Shown here piece by piece: positions 1-8,556 of a stretch of DNA of 64,000 bases. The translations under genes and the position numbers were made by a program. Each line of letters opens with the position of its first letter. Position 1 is the stretch's first letter. Origin of the DNA: Paracoccaceae bacterium. GTDB lineage: Bacteria; Pseudomonadota; Alphaproteobacteria; MPNO01; UBA830. The stretch spans positions 39,101 through 103,100 of the forward strand of contig JBLIMV010000020.1 in NCBI GenBank assembly GCA_047638395.1, written 5' to 3'. Under the pieces are notes generated by a model. It worked only from the letters and a program-made list of their open reading frames with translations. It was not told the DNA's origin and did not search any database.

Positions 1-2530
1 CTAGATCGACATCCTCTATATTGTCGACCATTGTGCCATCGGCGAAACCAAGGCAGTCGTTGATAAATTCACCATCCGCGCCACGCTGGGCGGTGGAGAT
101 GATTTTCGAAGCATCGCATTGGTGCCGACCGTAAACCGTACGCATCGATTGGACGATATCGCGCTGACGGTTGTGTTCCGCGGCCGGAACACCCGGTCGC
201 TTGTCGATGAAATCGTTAAAGCTTGTGAGTTGGCGTAACCCGATTTGGCGGCGGAGCTCGTTAAAGCGGGGCAGGCCGTGTTCCCGGTCGCGGATGATGT
301 CGAGCGCCGGCACGTCGATCTTTGAATCCATCCGGGGGCGGAGGTCGAGGTTCTGCAGGAAACGCGGATGGTTCCGGAGCAGGAGCAGGCCAAGCCGCTG
401 GCGGCCCATGGAGAGCCCCCAGTTCACCATGCCGTGGTTGCGCATCGCGTCAGTGGCGCCAGACCGGAAGGTGCTGACTGTCGCGATTTTTTCTCGGATG
501 ATGTTCGGATCGCTTCCCCAGTCGCGCAGCTCCAGCAGGTCCGGAATCATCGGATGTAGCCGGTAGACGGTGGCGAACTCCTCCGGGAAATTGAACGGCG
601 AGCCGAAATGGTTGGTCCCGCCATTGACGTGTCCCGGATTGTTCAGGTCCCACTGATCCATCCCCAACAGGCGGTGCAGGCCTGTCGGAAACAGCGAATT
701 TCCGCGCCCGACAATGCCCGGTCCGGCGGCTAGCGCGGAGAAAATCTGGTTCGCCTTTTTCGGATCCTTTGACTTGGCAAACCGGTCGACGATCCGCGCC
801 GTCACCCGTGACAGGATGCCGTCCTTTTTGAACAGCCCGCTCCAGTTCGAATTCATGCCAAGGTCCAGCGGCTTGCCGTAGAGCAGCTGTGCCGTCCATT
901 CGATCGTATGAATCTTGGCGATCTCGGCCGACACGATCAACCGGGCAACCTGATACAGCTCCTCGTCCGAGATCCCGGCATAGCTGATCGGCGCACCCGG
1001 GCGTGCCGGATTGCGCAGCCCCGTATCGGCGTTGGGGGTTGCCTGCGCCCGTTTGCGGAATTCATCGATAATCAGGTTGTGTTCGCGGACGAACAGATTG
1101 TGCAGAAAGCTCGTGCCGACGGTCCAGTTATCGGGAAACGCGGTTGCTTCCTGCCCGGCCCATTCCCGCTGGATCGGATCGCAGGCACTGTCAGCAGGTG
1201 TCGCGCAGGGTTTGCGGAACAGCGGCAGGTATCCCTGGCGTTCTCCCGCGCCGGGGCGGTTGCCGACGCTTTCCATCAGCAGTTTTGCGGGATCGGCGGG
1301 GTCGCGGCGCGCGCGCTGCCCAGACCGCTTGCTGTAGCCGTATATGGGGGATGCGTCCCACCATGCCGTCATATGATTCCGGGATGTCCGGTAGGCGCGG
1401 CTGAGGTGGGTCTTGCCATTTGCCGAAAAGACCTCGGGGTCTTCGCTGTCGGCGATCAGGGCCGCATCCAGCTTGTCGTCCGGTCGGCAGCCAAGGCTGG
1501 CGATCTCGTCCGCGCTGAGGGCTCGTTCGGAAATGCCGGCACGCTGGCTCGCGCAGCCCGTCGTCGGCAGCATCTTTGCCGTATCGTTCCGGCCTTCGAG
1601 CGTGTGCGAGAACCAGTCATGGGTCATGAACTGTATCCAGAACGCCGCGAGGACATTGAAAAACGGCGCTTTGCGATAGGGACAATCCGCCGACTTATCG
1701 CCGTCGGTACCAGACCCTTCGTTGCAGCCGATGGCGCCCGCATTGTCGCGGCTGAACAGTTTGCGGCTGATCACTTGCGGGTCCGGTTTCATCATGCCGA
1801 TGCGATCGCCATGGCGGTTACGGGCAAGCTGGTTTTTGCCAAGCTCCGGAAACGTGGCTTCGAACTCAACATTGCGGGCAAATTTCTGGCCGGCAGATCC
1901 CATGGCCGGATTCAGAATATCATTGCAGATGCCCGTCAGCGTCCGGTGTCGGATCAGATCGCCGGTACAGAGTTGCGATCCGTCTGGCGCAACTTGGATG
2001 TCCCGCGATTTGGGATGGTCTGCGGGGAGGCGCATTTCCGGCCATTGTTTTACGACCGCGCCATTTATATCGCGGTCGCCATCACGTTTGCCGGACACAT
2101 AGGTCCTGTAGGTGCCGTTATTGTCGAACAGGTTGAACCGGATAAGCTCCATGCGCTGGTATTCAAGATCAATCAGCGCACCGTCTATGCCGCGCTGGTT
2201 CCGGTCGGTAAAGCGGCCACCGCTGTTCCGGCGTGGTGCCCTGGATGACGCATCCCCGGTCGCCCAGTAGTTTGCCCAGTCGACCCAGGGCGTGTCCATC
2301 TGCGCGACCGCTTTTTCACCGCCACGGCAGCGGGCGCGGTATTCTTCGACCTTGCCCAGAAAACGGCGTGACCGGTCATCCGCGATGTCCCTCAGGCCAT
2401 TGCTGGCGAGGTTGTCCGCGACCTGCAGACAGGCGCGTACGATGGCGCTGTCTTCCGGTGTCTTGTCGCATGCGGCGACGACCGTCAGCGCCGCCACGGA
2501 AAACGCGGCGGTCTGCAAAAACCGTTTCAT
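1..2530 (-). CDS. Animal-haem-peroxidase family lipoprotein (peroxidase/cyclooxygenase superfamily), partial: C-terminus lies beyond window start
   Basis: Not in the ORF track (no in-window stop). Minus-strand translation by eye from ATG at complement(2528..2530) gives MKRFLQTAAFSVAALTVVAAC (lipobox VAAC) and reads on without a stop to position 1. Family motifs seen: TGICNDILNPAMGSAGQKF (cf. animal peroxidase N-terminal CNN..LGA), AAFWIQFMTHDWFSH (distal His-Asp region) and SFLHNLFVREHNLIIDEFRKRA (cf. LFLREHNRLA of myelo/lactoperoxidase). The 446-aa plus-strand ORF 908..2248 is its antisense shadow. Hand translation could hide a frameshift. Confidence 0.7.
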   Translation of the reverse strand, partial: MKRFLQTAAFSVAALTVVAACDKTPEDSAIVRACLQVADNLASNGLRDIADDRSRRFLGKVEEYRARCRGGEKAVAQMDTPWVDWANYWATGDASSRAPRRNSGGRFTDRNQRGIDGALIDLEYQRMELIRFNLFDNNGTYRTYVSGKRDGDRDINGAVVKQWPEMRLPADHPKSRDIQVAPDGSQLCTGDLIRHRTLTGICNDILNPAMGSAGQKFARNVEFEATFPELGKNQLARNRHGDRIGMMKPDPQVISRKLFSRDNAGAIGCNEGSGTDGDKSADCPYRKAPFFNVLAAFWIQFMTHDWFSHTLEGRNDTAKMLPTTGCASQRAGISERALSADEIASLGCRPDDKLDAALIADSEDPEVFSANGKTHLSRAYRTSRNHMTAWWDASPIYGYSKRSGQRARRDPADPAKLLMESVGNRPGAGERQGYLPLFRKPCATPADSACDPIQREWAGQEATAFPDNWTVGTSFLHNLFVREHNLIIDEFRKRAQATPNADTGLRNPARPGAPISYAGISDEELYQVARLIVSAEIAKIHTIEWTAQLLYGKPLDLGMNSNWSGLFKKDGILSRVTARIVDRFAKSKDPKKANQIFSALAAGPGIVGRGNSLFPTGLHRLLGMDQWDLNNPGHVNGGTNHFGSPFNFPEEFATVYRLHPMIPDLLELRDWGSDPNIIREKIATVSTFRSGATDAMRNHGMVNWGLSMGRQRLGLLLLRNHPRFLQNLDLRPRMDSKIDVPALDIIRDREHGLPRFNELRRQIGLRQLTSFNDFIDKRPGVPAAEHNRQRDIVQSMRTVYGRHQCDASKIISTAQRGADGEFINDCLGFADGTMVDNIEDVDL

Positions 2531-2728
2531 GGGCCTACCCCTTATCTATTGTCCAAATGCCTACCCGACAATCGACTACTGACTACCCGACGTAATCGTA
2601 ATTCGGACTGCGCGAATTTCCAACCTTGAGATGAAAATATTCTGCCGGTTGAGTTTCTTCGCTTGCAGCGATTCACCCGGCGACTCATAATCCTGTTCTG
2701 TATTCAACAATCGGAAGGAGGTGATCGA

Positions 2729-2806
2729 GTGTCTCATTGTCTAAAGGTGCGGCCTTCGGCTGCCAGGATCTGGATCTTCACCTCTTTAGAGGCTCGCTTC
2801 GACTGA
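2729..2806 (+). CDS. 25-aa mini-ORF (GTG start) with strong Shine-Dalgarno; possible leader peptide or small protein
   Basis: GGAAGGAGGTGA lies 7 nt upstream of GTG. The ORF VSHCLKVRPSAARIWIFTSLEARFD ends about 45 nt before a strong intrinsic terminator. It lies in the 437-bp divergent intergenic region upstream of the hydrolase gene. Below the ORF-track length cutoff. Speculative. Confidence 0.2.
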   Translation: MSHCLKVRPSAARIWIFTSLEARFD

Positions 2807-2850
2807 GTTGATGTATTCATGGTCCGCTCCAGGGACCGTGTCTGACAATG

Positions 2851-2887
2851 GAAGGGTCGCCCAATCGGGCGGCCCTTCGTCTTTTTG
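2851..2887 (+). terminator. Rho-independent terminator-like hairpin followed by T-tract, plus orientation
   Basis: gaagggtcgccc-aatc-gggcggcccttc forms a 12-bp GC-rich stem (one G.U) and is followed by gtcttttttg. The T-tract exists only on the plus strand, so it would terminate a short plus-strand transcript (sRNA or leader) about 80 bp upstream of the 2968 ATG. Confidence 0.5.
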
Positions 2888-2967
2888 CGGGCCATGAATT
2901 GCGGTGATGCATGCGCCGCCGCATACTGAACTGGAAATATACAGGCGAACAATAAGGGAGAAGTGCC

Positions 2968-3813
2968 ATGCCGATGGCCACAGTGCGCGGATTGAACATC
3001 AACTATGAAATCGTTGGCGATGCCGGGGACATTTCTCACCCCTGGGTCGCCCTGATTACCGGTGGGCGCCGCGGCTATCAGGAATTTCTGCCGCTCGCCG
3101 GCAAGATTGCGGCGAAGGGTTTCCGCGTATTGCTGCATGATCGTCGCAATACAGGCGCTTCCGATATTGAACTGGAAGCGCATGAGGTTGAAGAGGCGAC
3201 ATGGGCCGACGACCTGCGTGATTTGCTCGATCAGCTGGGCGCTGCACCCGCTTTTATCGGCGGCTCGTCGTCCGGTGCGCGGACCGCGATCATGTTCGGT
3301 CTGCGCCATCCGGACGCCACCCGGGCGTTGATGCTGCTGCGCGTCACCGGCGGTGCATTCCCGGCAAAGCGGCTGCCGGAGATGTATTACGGCCAGTTCA
3401 TCGATATCGCGAAGCAAGGCGGCATGGCCGCGATCTGCGAGACCGATACCTGGCGCGAACGGATCGAGAGTAATGCGGCCAACCGCGAAAAGCTGATGGC
3501 GATCGACGCCGATGAATTCATCTCGACGCTGTCCAAGTGGAAAGAACTGTTCGAAGCAGGGGCGAACCTGCCGGTGATGGGCGTGACCGAAGATCAGCTT
3601 GGGAGTTTGGCGATGCCGACCATTGTCATCCCCGGCAACGACAATACCCATTCATCGGAAAGCGGGCGGACCGCGCACCGGATGATTCCCGGCAGCGAGA
3701 TTCACGATCTCGGGCTCGACGATGTCGATATCGCCCTGATCCCGTATCCGGACTGGGCGCCGTATGAGCTGGAAATCGTCGACGTGTTGACCGGGTTTAT
3801 GGGGCGAAATTAA
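2968..3813 (+). CDS. alpha/beta-fold hydrolase
   Basis: 281 aa with HDRRNTG oxyanion region and GGSSSGA nucleophile elbow (GxSxG). SD sequence aagggagaag precedes the ATG. Confidence 0.8.
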   Translation: MPMATVRGLNINYEIVGDAGDISHPWVALITGGRRGYQEFLPLAGKIAAKGFRVLLHDRRNTGASDIELEAHEVEEATWADDLRDLLDQLGAAPAFIGGSSSGARTAIMFGLRHPDATRALMLLRVTGGAFPAKRLPEMYYGQFIDIAKQGGMAAICETDTWRERIESNAANREKLMAIDADEFISTLSKWKELFEAGANLPVMGVTEDQLGSLAMPTIVIPGNDNTHSSESGRTAHRMIPGSEIHDLGLDDVDIALIPYPDWAPYELEIVDVLTGFMGRN

Positions 3814-3861
3814 CGGCGGACGGCAATCGGTACTCGGGTTGTCGACAGCTAGAACTTGTCA

Positions 3862-3930
3862 CCCCGGGCCTGTCCCGGGGCCCAGTCCTCTTGCTGGAAA
3901 AATCCCTGGATCCCGGCACAAGGCCGGGAT
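3862..3930. terminator. Two GC hairpins in a convergent intergenic gap (candidate bidirectional terminators)
   Basis: ccccggg-cctgt-cccgggg (3862..3880) and atcccggc-acaag-gccgggat (3910..3930) sit between the convergent hydrolase (+) and dehydrogenase (-) ends. The T-tracts are weak, which is common in high-GC genomes. Confidence 0.35.
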
Positions 3931-3979
3931 GACAAGTATTGGCGACAGGTGATAGGAAAAATCGCCCCTCTGAATCGCC

Positions 3980-5041
3980 CTATAACAGGCTCTTGCCACC
4001 GAACCGTTCCATAAATTTCGGTATCGCAGCCTCGTTCACGACGTGACGCGGCACCTCGCCGCGCAGTGCGGTCATCGCGGCGTTGATTGCCCATGGCACG
4101 GCGGGTTCCAGACTGGCGCCCTTGTTGGCGCTGACCATATGGGGCGAGACCAACACTTTGTCGCCAAGGCCGCGCAGCGGCGATTGGAGGTCGAGCGGCT
4201 CGTTCTCGAACACATCTAGGGCGGCGCCTGCGATTTTGTTGCGGTCGAGCGCAAAGAACAGCGCGTCCTCGTCGACAATGGGCCCGCGCGCGGCGTTGAG
4301 CAGGATTGCCGTTGGTTTCATCATCCCGAACTGTGCTTCTGAAATCAGGTGTTGGGTTTCCGCGGTCAGGTTCGAATGGATGGTGATGACGTCAGATGTC
4401 CGCAGCAGCGTTTCCATATTCACCGACCGCGCATTGTGATGGGCGAACTTGGACTCATCTACGTAAGGGTCGTGGGCGATCAGGTTGACGCGCCACGGTG
4501 CCAGCAGATCGCATAGGCGCGATCCGATCCGGCCGAGGCCGACAATGCCGACCGTGATCCCTTCATAACCATCCTGGCGCGCTCCGAGATACGTTCCCGC
4601 CAGTGAATCGTCGCGCCAGCCGCCCTCGCGGACATGACGGTCTTTTTCGCGGATGCGTTTCAGCATGGTCAGCATCATCGTCATGGTGCCTTCGGCGACG
4701 CCGCCCCAGTTGGCCTCGGTCGGTGAATGGGTGACCAGGATGCCGAGATCGGCCGCGGCATCGATATCGACGTCGTCATAGCCGATGGTCAGTTTGGCGA
4801 TGATCCGCGTGCTCGGTAGCCGCGACATGAAATCGTGAGTGAACGTAAACCCGCGCATTACCGCGCCGATGATGGCATCACGCCCGTCCGCGAGGGGGAA
4901 AACGTTGCTTTCGTCGGCGCCGAACGCGCGGCGCCAGTCGGCGTTTCCGAATGTCACGTCACACCCGGCGTCCTCGAGTTCGCTGTATTTCGCGTCGATA
5001 TCGCCCATCGGGGTGTAGACCAGTACTTTGGCACCTGACAT
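3980..5041 (-). CDS. D-isomer-specific 2-hydroxyacid dehydrogenase family (NAD-binding)
   Basis: GxGxxG motif GLGRIGSRL and catalytic-region similarity to PGDH/GDH-like 2-hydroxyacid dehydrogenases. Start moved to the in-frame Met (MSGAKVLVY) 46 codons into ORF 3980..5179, because the longer form would overlap the upstream gene's 3' end. Confidence 0.8.
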   Translation of the reverse strand: MSGAKVLVYTPMGDIDAKYSELEDAGCDVTFGNADWRRAFGADESNVFPLADGRDAIIGAVMRGFTFTHDFMSRLPSTRIIAKLTIGYDDVDIDAAADLGILVTHSPTEANWGGVAEGTMTMMLTMLKRIREKDRHVREGGWRDDSLAGTYLGARQDGYEGITVGIVGLGRIGSRLCDLLAPWRVNLIAHDPYVDESKFAHHNARSVNMETLLRTSDVITIHSNLTAETQHLISEAQFGMMKPTAILLNAARGPIVDEDALFFALDRNKIAGAALDVFENEPLDLQSPLRGLGDKVLVSPHMVSANKGASLEPAVPWAINAAMTALRGEVPRHVVNEAAIPKFMERFGGKSLL

Positions 5042-5120
5042 CGGTCGGCCCTTTCTTGTTTTAGGTCGGCATAAAAAACCCCGGCCAGGAGACCCGGCCG
5101 GGGTGTCTTTGTTTGGGGCG

Positions 5121-6152
5121 TTACTTGCCTTTGAGGCCGAGAGCCGCCTGCATCCGGTCGATGATCGCCTGATCGACATTGGTGATGCGTTCGGCGGCGG
5201 CCTGCATATCCTGCCATTTTGCGGATTCCCAGGTCATCTTGCGCTGCTTCGCGCCGGCGATGGCTTCTGGGTCTGCGAACGATTTTTCAAACGCCATACG
5301 CAGCGCAGCAATACGATCCGCCGGAACACCGGGAGGGGCGAGCCAGCCGCGGCCCAGAATCATATTACCTGCCATCAGTTCAGCGACCTGCTTGTCTGTC
5401 GGGTCCGTCACCAGGTTTTTAAGCAACGGTACGTCGGGCATATCGGTCAGCGGTGTGTGGGCGTTGACCGCAATCACGTTCACCTGCTCGACCCAATGCG
5501 ACCGGGCAATTTTCATGCCGGACCATGAGGACTGGAAACCCTGTACCTCTTTCTTGTCCATGGCGAGATAAATGCCGCCCATCCCGCGATAGCCGGTGAT
5601 GACCTTGAACTTGGTGCCGAGCATCTTGTTGACCAGCGTCGGGACGACATAGGTCTGCGACCCCTTGCCGGTGGAGCCGAGCACGACCTGTTTTTTCTTG
5701 GCATCGTCGATACTTGTTACGCCGGTGCTCTTGTAAACAACGAAGGCGCTGCGCGGCTGGTCTGCGCCGCCAAGAAACTGGAAGTCCTTCGCGACGTATT
5801 TGACGCCGGTGGTCCGAAGTCGTGACGCCAGGGGCGTATCTGACAGCAGAATACCGATCATCGTGCCGTCTTTGCGGCCACGCGTATAAAGGAAGTTAGC
5901 AGCCTTGGTGCCGCCGGCGCCACCCATGTTCTGGACGATGACGTTTGGGCTGCCAGGCAGGTATTTTTCAAGGAACGGTGCCAGGTACTGGGTGTACTTG
6001 GTGTGACCGCCGCCGGGGCCCGCTGCCACGACGACCGTGATGGTTTTTCCCTTGTAGAAATCGGCAACGGCATCGGCCGCCGCCGGGGCAGCGAAACCGA
6101 TCGCAGCCAGAGTAGCTACGGCAAGTCCGGGTAGTGAATTTCGCATCGTCAT
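5121..6152 (-). CDS. Bug/TctC-family tripartite tricarboxylate transporter substrate-binding protein
   Basis: Signal peptide MTMRNSLPGLAVATLAAIGFAAPAAA and typical Bug-family length and sequence features (GGAGG.. loop). No tctA/tctB adjacent, so an orphan Bug receptor. Confidence 0.75.
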   Translation of the reverse strand: MTMRNSLPGLAVATLAAIGFAAPAAADAVADFYKGKTITVVVAAGPGGGHTKYTQYLAPFLEKYLPGSPNVIVQNMGGAGGTKAANFLYTRGRKDGTMIGILLSDTPLASRLRTTGVKYVAKDFQFLGGADQPRSAFVVYKSTGVTSIDDAKKKQVVLGSTGKGSQTYVVPTLVNKMLGTKFKVITGYRGMGGIYLAMDKKEVQGFQSSWSGMKIARSHWVEQVNVIAVNAHTPLTDMPDVPLLKNLVTDPTDKQVAELMAGNMILGRGWLAPPGVPADRIAALRMAFEKSFADPEAIAGAKQRKMTWESAKWQDMQAAAERITNVDQAIIDRMQAALGLKGK

Positions 6153-6229
6153 CGAAAAGTTCCTCCCTGTTTATAAGTGGTGTCAGAGTATGCCATAGCA
6201 AATTGGTCTATGGCGAATAGCGTTTTTGG

Positions 6230-7159
6230 CTACCTGATTTGCAGGATCAGTTTGCCGCGCAAATGACGCGTTTCGCTAACTTTCTGTGCTTCTGCAGCAT
6301 CTTTAAGATCGTATAGTGTGAGTTCCGGCACCGTTACGACCCCGGCGCTATAAAGCTCGACGATACGTTCCATGAAGTGCCGCGCACGACCGACACTGGG
6401 GCGCAGCGACTGGACGTCATCGCGGGTCGCTTCAGGCGCCTTCATGCCGGACGCAATGAACGCGGCGCGCCCACCGGGTTTGAGCACGTCGAACGCCTTC
6501 AGCCCGACATCGCCGCCGACGGTGTCGAACACGGCGTCGCAATCCGAGACAACCTCTGTGAAATCAACCGCGTTATAATCGATGATCTCGTCGGCACCGA
6601 GTGCCCGGACATAATCATGGTTGCGGGCACTTGCCGTCGTGATGACATGCGCGCCAATGTGCTTTGCAAGCTGGATCGCAAATCCGGCGACACCACCGGC
6701 ACCGCCCTGGATCAGAATTTTTTCACCCGGCTGAAGTTTGAGTGTGTCTTCAATCGAGATGACGGCCGTCAGCCCGATCAGCGACAGAGCATCAATATCG
6801 ACATGTGAAATGTTGTCCGGTTTTTTGGCGAGGACCGCGGCCTTGGTCGCGACCTTTTCGCAATACGTACCTTCCTGTCCGACGGGAAGCACACCGAAGA
6901 CGGCGTCACCGACGGCAAGATCGGTCACATCGCTGCCCACCTCGCTGACGATGCCGGAAAAATCCCGCCCGCAGATATAAGGGAAAAAGGCTGTCGGCGC
7001 GTACGACCCCTGACGGACCTTCCAGTCTGCGCCGTTTACGCTGGCGGCATGGATGTCGACAACGACTTCATCGGCGGCGGCGACCGGGTCGGGCAAGTCG
7101 CCGTACTGGAGAACATCGACTGCGCCGTTTTCGTTGAAATAGACCGCTTTCATCTGCAT
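6230..7159 (-). CDS. NADPH:quinone oxidoreductase / zinc-type alcohol dehydrogenase-like (MDR superfamily)
   Basis: 309 aa with Rossmann motif GGAGGVAGFAIQLAK, typical of Qor-like MDRs. Confidence 0.8.
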   Translation of the reverse strand: MQMKAVYFNENGAVDVLQYGDLPDPVAAADEVVVDIHAASVNGADWKVRQGSYAPTAFFPYICGRDFSGIVSEVGSDVTDLAVGDAVFGVLPVGQEGTYCEKVATKAAVLAKKPDNISHVDIDALSLIGLTAVISIEDTLKLQPGEKILIQGGAGGVAGFAIQLAKHIGAHVITTASARNHDYVRALGADEIIDYNAVDFTEVVSDCDAVFDTVGGDVGLKAFDVLKPGGRAAFIASGMKAPEATRDDVQSLRPSVGRARHFMERIVELYSAGVVTVPELTLYDLKDAAEAQKVSETRHLRGKLILQIR

Positions 7160-7318
7160 TTCGCCTTTTATCTGGAGTGTTAAGGGCCGAGTTTAGCGGT
7201 GAATGCGTCGGCGTGAAACACCGGGGCCCGACTGGGGCCGACCCGGTGTCCGGGATTGAACCTGCCACCGGATTGGCTCACAATCGATTGAGAAGAAAAG
7301 CCCGAAGGAGTTCTGCAC

Positions 7319-8347
7319 ATGACCATCGACATGCACGCCCATTGGAGCCCGCCCGAACTGATCGATATCTATCGGGCGCGGACCGAGCCGCCGATGATCT
7401 ATAAGAACGCCGAAGGCGAGGAGGTCATCAAGACCCGGCGCGGCGAGCAGGCCTTCGAAGGTATGTTCGACGACCTCGAGACCCGCCTTGCCGAAATGGA
7501 CGCGCATGGGGTGACAACCGGTGTCTTGTCGCTCTGGGGGCCGCATCAGTGGATCGAGCGGCTGCCCGTCGCGCAATCCGTGCCGGCGGTGCAGGTGTTT
7601 AACGACGCGACGTCGGCGATGTGTGCCGAAAACCCGGGCCGCTTTGTTGCTTATGGCTCGTTGCCAATGGCCGATATGGATGCCGCTGTCGCCGAGCTGG
7701 ACCGGATCATGGCGCTGCCCGGCATGATCGGCGCCATTGTGCCCGCCAATGCCTTCATGACCTATGCCGATGCGGAGGCGTTACGTCCGCTGCTGGCCGC
7801 CGCCAACAGGCACAAGGCGGCGCTGTTTATCCATTGGGGGCCGCGACCCGGCGATGTGTGGCCGCGTACGCCTGCCGATAATGACAATTTCATTCGCCGT
7901 ATGGGCACGCTGGATATGCAGGCCAGTCTTTCCGCCTGCACGGTGACGCTGACCATGACGGATTTGCTGGACGACTATCCGGATGCCCGGTTCCACATTC
8001 ATAATCTTGGCGGGAATATTGCGTTCGAGGTTGAACGTCTTGATCACCGGAGCATGCTGGATTCGCCGGATGAGCCATTGCCGTCGACCCGGCTGACGAA
8101 GCCCAACCTCTGGTATGACTGCAATTCGTTCGGGGCGAAGTCGATCGACATGGCGATCTCGCTCTATGGCGTGGACCGTATCGTCTATGCGACCGACGGG
8201 ACGGCTTTCGGGTGCGACTGGACCAACAAGGCGATCGCCGGCGCGGACCTGACCGAGGACGAGCGGGACTTGATCCGCACCGGAAATGCCCGGGCGATGC
8301 TGGGCCACCTCGCGCCGCTTCAGGGCCTCGCCGAGGCTGCCGAGTGA
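7319..8347 (+). CDS. Amidohydrolase-2 family metal-dependent hydrolase/decarboxylase (ACMSD/LigW/LigJ-like), paralog 1 of 4
   Basis: N-terminal IDMHAHWSP (the HxH metal ligands of PF04909) and TIM-barrel length. SD sequence gaagga precedes the ATG. Confidence 0.8.
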   Translation: MTIDMHAHWSPPELIDIYRARTEPPMIYKNAEGEEVIKTRRGEQAFEGMFDDLETRLAEMDAHGVTTGVLSLWGPHQWIERLPVAQSVPAVQVFNDATSAMCAENPGRFVAYGSLPMADMDAAVAELDRIMALPGMIGAIVPANAFMTYADAEALRPLLAAANRHKAALFIHWGPRPGDVWPRTPADNDNFIRRMGTLDMQASLSACTVTLTMTDLLDDYPDARFHIHNLGGNIAFEVERLDHRSMLDSPDEPLPSTRLTKPNLWYDCNSFGAKSIDMAISLYGVDRIVYATDGTAFGCDWTNKAIAGADLTEDERDLIRTGNARAMLGHLAPLQGLAEAAE

Positions 8348-8358
8348 CCGGGGAAATC

Positions 8359-8556
8359 ATGTCCTTCGAAACCGGCCTTGTCACCGATATGACCATGCAC
8401 CAGGCGATGCGCGCTCAGGTGCTGGACGTGCTGGAGAATTCGGACATGACCGAGGAACAGAAACAGCAGATCCTCGTCTCTCTCAGCTGTCCGTGCTGCG
8501 GCGGCAGCGGGATGTCGCTGACTATCCCGCTGGATAATTCGAAACCGGTTTTCTAG
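8359..8556 (+). CDS. Small Cys-rich hypothetical protein (65 aa) translationally coupled to the amidohydrolase
   Basis: ATG lies 11 nt after the upstream stop. Sequence MSFETGLVTDMTMHQAMRAQVLDVLENSDMTEEQKQQILVSLSCPCCGGSGMSLTIPLDNSKPVF, with a CPCC cluster near the C-terminus. The longer track ORF 8212..8556 overlaps the upstream gene and is less likely. The 3' end overlaps the convergent TauD stop by 4 nt. Confidence 0.4.
   Translation: MSFETGLVTDMTMHQAMRAQVLDVLENSDMTEEQKQQILVSLSCPCCGGSGMSLTIPLDNSKPVF

Noticed and set aside
908-2248. 446-aa plus-strand ORF and the overlapping plus ORFs 1011..1337, 1144..1404, 1413..1679 and 1722..2102
   Set aside because: These are Arg/Ala-rich antisense shadows of the minus-strand peroxidase gene, which has family motifs and a lipoprotein signal. 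They have no SD and no domain signature.
2734-3651. 305-aa minus-strand ORF overlapping the alpha/beta hydrolase gene
   Set aside because: It is antisense to a gene with a clear GxSxG hydrolase signature and has shadow-ORF composition (R/G/P/A-rich).
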